From the human T2T-CHM13v2.0 reference genome, Homo sapiens: a DNA stretch of 64,000 nucleotides. Each line of letters begins with the position of its first letter. The first letter of the stretch is position 1. The DNA lies in NCBI RefSeq assembly GCF_009914755.1, contig NC_060935.1. One strand, written 5' to 3'. The notes under the pieces were generated by a model, which saw only the letters and a list, made by a program, of their open reading frames with translations, ran no database searches and was not told where the DNA came from. This document shows, piece by piece, positions 59,640 to 64,000 of this stretch. The position numbers and the translations under genes were made by a program.

Positions 59640-61750
59640 CACATTTTGACTTTTTGAAGTCTCAGTGTACATTTATATTGCCTCTTGATCAACTGTTGTA
59701 GTTATTTTCTTTAGTAGTTTGGTCTTTTAGTCTTCATACTAAAGATACAGGTGGTTACACACACCACTATACTATGAGTATTTTGAATTTTTTGTATATT
59801 TACATTTACCAGTGGGGTTTATAACTTCAGCTGTTTTCTTGTTACAGGATATGATCCTTTTATTTCAGATTGGAGAACTTCCTTGTAGCATTTCACAGAA
59901 GACAGGTCTGGTGTTTATGAATTTCCTCAACTTTTGTTTATGTGGGAAAGTCTTTATCTTTCTTTTTGTTTGAACGACAGTTTTGCTGGGTACAGTACTG
60001 TTGGCTGGCATTTTAATTTTTCCTTCAGCACTTTGAAGATATTATTTCACTCCCTCCTAGCTGTAGGATTTCTGGTAGAAAATCCATTGAAAGATGTATT
60101 AAAGCTACAATGAATGCTACTTGTTGCATTCATCTTGCTGCTTTCACTATTTTTTCATCATTGACTTCTGATAATTTGATAACGATGTGCCTTGGAGAAT
60201 TTCTCTTTGGATTGGATTTTTGGTGACCTATTGATCTTTCGGTACCTGGATGCTGTCATATTTCTCTAGATTTGGAGCATTTTTAGCCACTGTTTCCTCA
60301 AATATGCTTTACAGACCTTTTTCCCTCTTGTTTCCTGTGAACAGTTCTATTATGAGGATGCTGGCTTGCCCGATGGTGTTCCATAATCTCTGAATCTAGG
60401 ACTTCTCTAGTCTTTTTTTTCTCCTTTGATTGGATAATTTCATATGTTTTGTATTTAGGAGCTTGCTGATTCTTTCCTCCATCTCTTCAAATCTGCTGTT
60501 GAAGTGTACTAATGAATGTTTCAGTTCAGTTATTGTATTCTTTATAAGATTTCTATACAGTATTTTTTCCTTGAAAATTGTTTCTACTTATTTGTCAAAT
60601 GAGGAATTTGATTCCTAAATTGTTTTCCAAATTTTATTTGATTTTTTTCTCTGGGTTTTGTGTTGATAACCTGTAACCTCTTTAAAATGATTTTTCTAAA
60701 TTCTTTTTCAGACATTTCACAAGTCTTAATTCTTCTGGGTCTTTTGTTGGATATTGGTTTTTTTTTAAATTTTTTGTGATGGTGTTATATGTCACGATCC
60801 TTGTATCCTTACACTGATGCCTGTGCATTTGAGAAGACAGCCACCATTTTCAGCTTTTGCAGGTGTTCTTCAGTGGTATTAGACATTTACTACTTAAAAT
60901 TGAAACTTAACTTCTGACCCATTAATGCTACTCATTGTGAGGAGGACTTACAGTAGGGACCAGAACTAAAGCACTGCACTCAACTAACTTGCTACTTTGG
61001 TCTTGTTTCCTAGTCTGGAGAAGACTCTCTGCAGGCACTGGAACTTAAGTGTTGCGCAGGAAATGAAACACAGACTTGAGATCATTCTAGGGCCTGGAGA
61101 AAACTAAGTAGGCATCAGAACTTAATCATCAACTTTTTAATTGCTTCCAGGTCAGGAGAAGGCTCCATGCAAATACCTGGGATTTGTGGAAACTCAAGCC
61201 AGCGATTTGGTCCTTCTCACAGGTTGTGCCCCCTGAGGCACTGTGGTGTGTGCCAGTGTCCTCTGTGTGGCATTTCAATGATTTGGAACCAGAACGGCTG
61301 CCAAGATCCATTCAACAATTACTGCCATCAGCACACCAACTCTTTATCTCCAATTCACTCCAGATGGTTCAGCCCTTCTGGCAATTCCAATGTTTCCCGT
61401 GGGACAGGACTAGAGCGTGTTTCCTACAAAGATCTCCATACTGGTGGAATAGTTGAATGTTCATCCACAATTTCCTCTTCTCACCTCTGAAACCATGGGT
61501 CTAGGGAAATTCTTAGTGAGTGGGATTATGCCGGCTTAGGAGAAGGGTAGCATGGTCCAAAGTGACAGTTTCTCTTATTGGTCATGGCTTGTTTTTGTGG
61601 GTCCAGGGGAGTTTCTGCTTCTTCTCTGAGTTCTGAGGGATTCAGGGTTGGATTCTTAACTCTAAATAATTGCTAGTTTATTTTTGTGGTGGGAGGGGGA
61701 GTTATGACAGAGGATCTTCTACACTGTCACCTTGTTGATGTCACCTCTCA
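59640..61750 (-). mobile_element. Old L1M 5' portion (ORF1 and 5'UTR-like)
   Basis: cttttgtttatgtgggaaagtctttat, ttttgctgggtacag, tgtgccttggaga, ttcaaatctgctgttgaag; ends cactgtcaccttgttgatgtcacctc. Confidence 0.75.
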
Positions 61751-61774
61751 GTATGATTTATCTTAAAATAATAA

Positions 61775-63252
61775 TATAGTCAAACTTCACATAAAAACGT
61801 TTGTCAATGATGGACTGCATATATGATGATAGCCTCAAAAAGTTATAATGGAGCTAAAAAACATTGTAGCCATCATAATGTCACAGCACCCGGCATTATT
61901 AATGTATTTGTGGTGATACTGGTATAAAAAACCTAACCAGTTATATAAAAGTATAACACATACAATTATATATAGTACATAATACTTCATAATGGTAATA
62001 AATGATTATGCCACTGATTTACTATAGTATACCTTTTGTTATTTTAGAGTGCACTTTTTCAACTTATTACAAAAAAAGGAGTAACTGTAAAACAGCCTCA
62101 GGTCCTTCAGGAGGCATTACAGATAAAGTTGCTATTATCATACGCAGTGATAGCTCCACGTATGTTATTGGCCCTGAAGATCTGCAATAAGGCAGGATGT
62201 GGAGGCAGAAGACAGTGATTTTGATTATTAGGATCCTGTGGAGGTCTAGGCTTATGTATGTGTTGTGTCTTAGTTTTTTGTTTTGTTTTGTTTTTTGAGA
62301 CGGAGCCTCGCTCTGTCACCCAGGCTGGAGTGCAGTGGCGCCATCACTGCAAGCTCCGCCTCCCAGGTTCACGCCATTCTCCTGCCTCAGCCTCCCGAGT
62401 AGCTGGGACTACAGGCGCCTGCCACCACGCCCGGCTAATTTTTTTGTATGTTTTTTAGTAGAGACGGGGTTTCACCATGTTAGCCAGGATGGTCTCGATC
62501 TCCTGACCTCGTGATCCACCCACCTCGGCCTCCCAAAGTGCTAGGATTACAGGCGTGAGCCACCGCGCCCAGCCCATGTCTTAGTTTTTAACAACAACAA
62601 CAAAATCAATGTAAAAACAATTAGAAATAGAAAAAATACATTGACTAAGAATAGAAAGAAAGAAAATATTTTTGTGCAGGTGTACAAGGTATTTGTGTAT
62701 TAAGGTAAATGTTATTATAAAAGAGCCAAAAAGTTAAAGCCAATGAAATAGTTTAAAAAGTAAAGTTACAGTAAGCTAATATTAATTTATTGTTAAAGAA
62801 AAAAATTGTTGAACAAATGTAATGCAGCCTAAGTATACGGAGTTTATAAAATCTACTACTGTCCAGTAATACTCTAGGCCTTTATATTCACTTGTTACTC
62901 ACTGACTCACCCAAAGCAACTTTTACTTTTGCAAGCTCCATTCATGATAAGCTATACAGGTGTACCATTTTTTTTGTCTTATTATGTCATATTTTAACTG
63001 TACCTTTTCTATGTTGAGATATGTTTAAATACACAAATATTATTTTGTTATAATTTCCTACAGTATTCAATACAGTAATAAGCTGTATAGGTTTGTAGCC
63101 TAGGAGCAATCGGCTATACCATATAGCCTAGATGTGTAGTAGGCTTTAATACTGAGGATTGTGCAAATATAACTCTGTTTGCATAATTATGAAATTGCCT
63201 AACAATGCATTTCACAGAATGCAAACTTGTCATTAACTGATCTATGACTGTA
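61775..63252. mobile_element. Tigger3b (Golem) non-autonomous DNA transposon interrupted by AluY
   Basis: tatagtca...gtcaatgatggactgcatatatgatg...gtttgtagcctaggagcaat...atgactgta. Confidence 0.85.
62274..62574 (-). mobile_element. AluY inserted in Tigger3b
   Basis: AluY diagnostics; TSD tgtcttagttttt (62266-62278, 62577-62589). Confidence 0.96.
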
Positions 63253-63569
63253 TTAATATACTAAAAACATTTTTCAAAAGTTAAGACAGCAGTATAATTT
63301 TGTCAGGCTTTGTTTAATCACAATGCCACTTTATAATTTAAGCTGTCTAGCATTTTATTGTTAGGAGAACCTATACTATATATTTAATTGAGAAATAAAA
63401 TCATTTCAAATCACTTCCTATTAGTGTCTTCAAACTCCTACCACAGCATTAGTTCTTAATAATCAATTACATTTTTTATAAGTATTTAGAGTTTATGTGA
63501 TCTCCACAGTACCTCATTATTCTGTCATTTTGTTTCCCTACATATTGAAACTAATGTATGATAGTCCCT

Positions 63570-64000
63570 GTGTAACAAAGTAGCTTAGATTCAAAATTCA
63601 TTTTAAAACTTTTTTTCCCTTTCTTGCTTTTACCAGTGAAACATTCCTAAAAGCCCTTTGTTTCCCTCCTTTCCCACCAGGAGCTCCTGTGCACTCTGCT
63701 TGCTTATCTAATTATGGGCTTGCTGAGCAATTCAAGGGGCTAATTTTGAAACCAACCAGACATGGAGACCCAGCTGCAAAATTCAAGGGACTACCTCAAA
63801 GCAGTTAGTTTACAACCTGGTCATTGTTAAGATGATGCCAGCCCATGCTCTGAATGGATCATGAGTCAAGATAGCCACTAGACGAAGACACGCAGACCTT
63901 GTACCCAGCACTACTCCCACAAGCCTCCCATTTCAAGTTCCCTTTTTTTAAGCCCGTCTTCCCAGCCTAGTGTTTGGAATGGTCTCTTACTGACATGAGC
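63570..64000. mobile_element. Probable ERV LTR running off the window edge (family not identified)
   Basis: Shift to LTR-like composition starting near tgtaacaaag; family not confidently recognised. Confidence 0.4.

Overview
AT-rich primate genomic DNA, most likely human or great ape, judged from near-consensus AluY copies, a young L1PA fragment and an LTR12/ERV9 LTR. The window looks intergenic or deep intronic. I recognise no protein-coding gene, tRNA, rRNA or CRISPR array. Well over half of it is layered transposable-element sequence: about 12 Alu elements or fragments, three large old primate L1s (11.3-15.8 kb minus, 27.7-33.2 kb minus, 37.1-44.7 kb plus and near full length), one young 1.7-kb internal L1PA fragment, old L1M/L2/MIR relics, solo LTRs (LTR12, MSTA, MLT1, MLT2A, MER61-like) and Tigger/hAT DNA transposons, several of them nested with readable target-site duplications. 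Nearly all ORFs in the track are Alu/L1-derived or chance. The most notable items are (i) a cluster of minus-strand splice signals and short ORFs in unique sequence at 1.6-10.7 kb, a candidate lncRNA or micropeptide (speculative), (ii) a young L1 internal fragment with no 3' end, poly(A) or TSD, a candidate endonuclease-independent insertion, (iii) an LTR12 solo LTR with its promoter motifs intact, and (iv) a close inverted Alu pair. I cannot support a claim of a new biological system from the sequence alone. Subfamily names come from remembered consensus sequences, and the boundaries of old elements are approximate.
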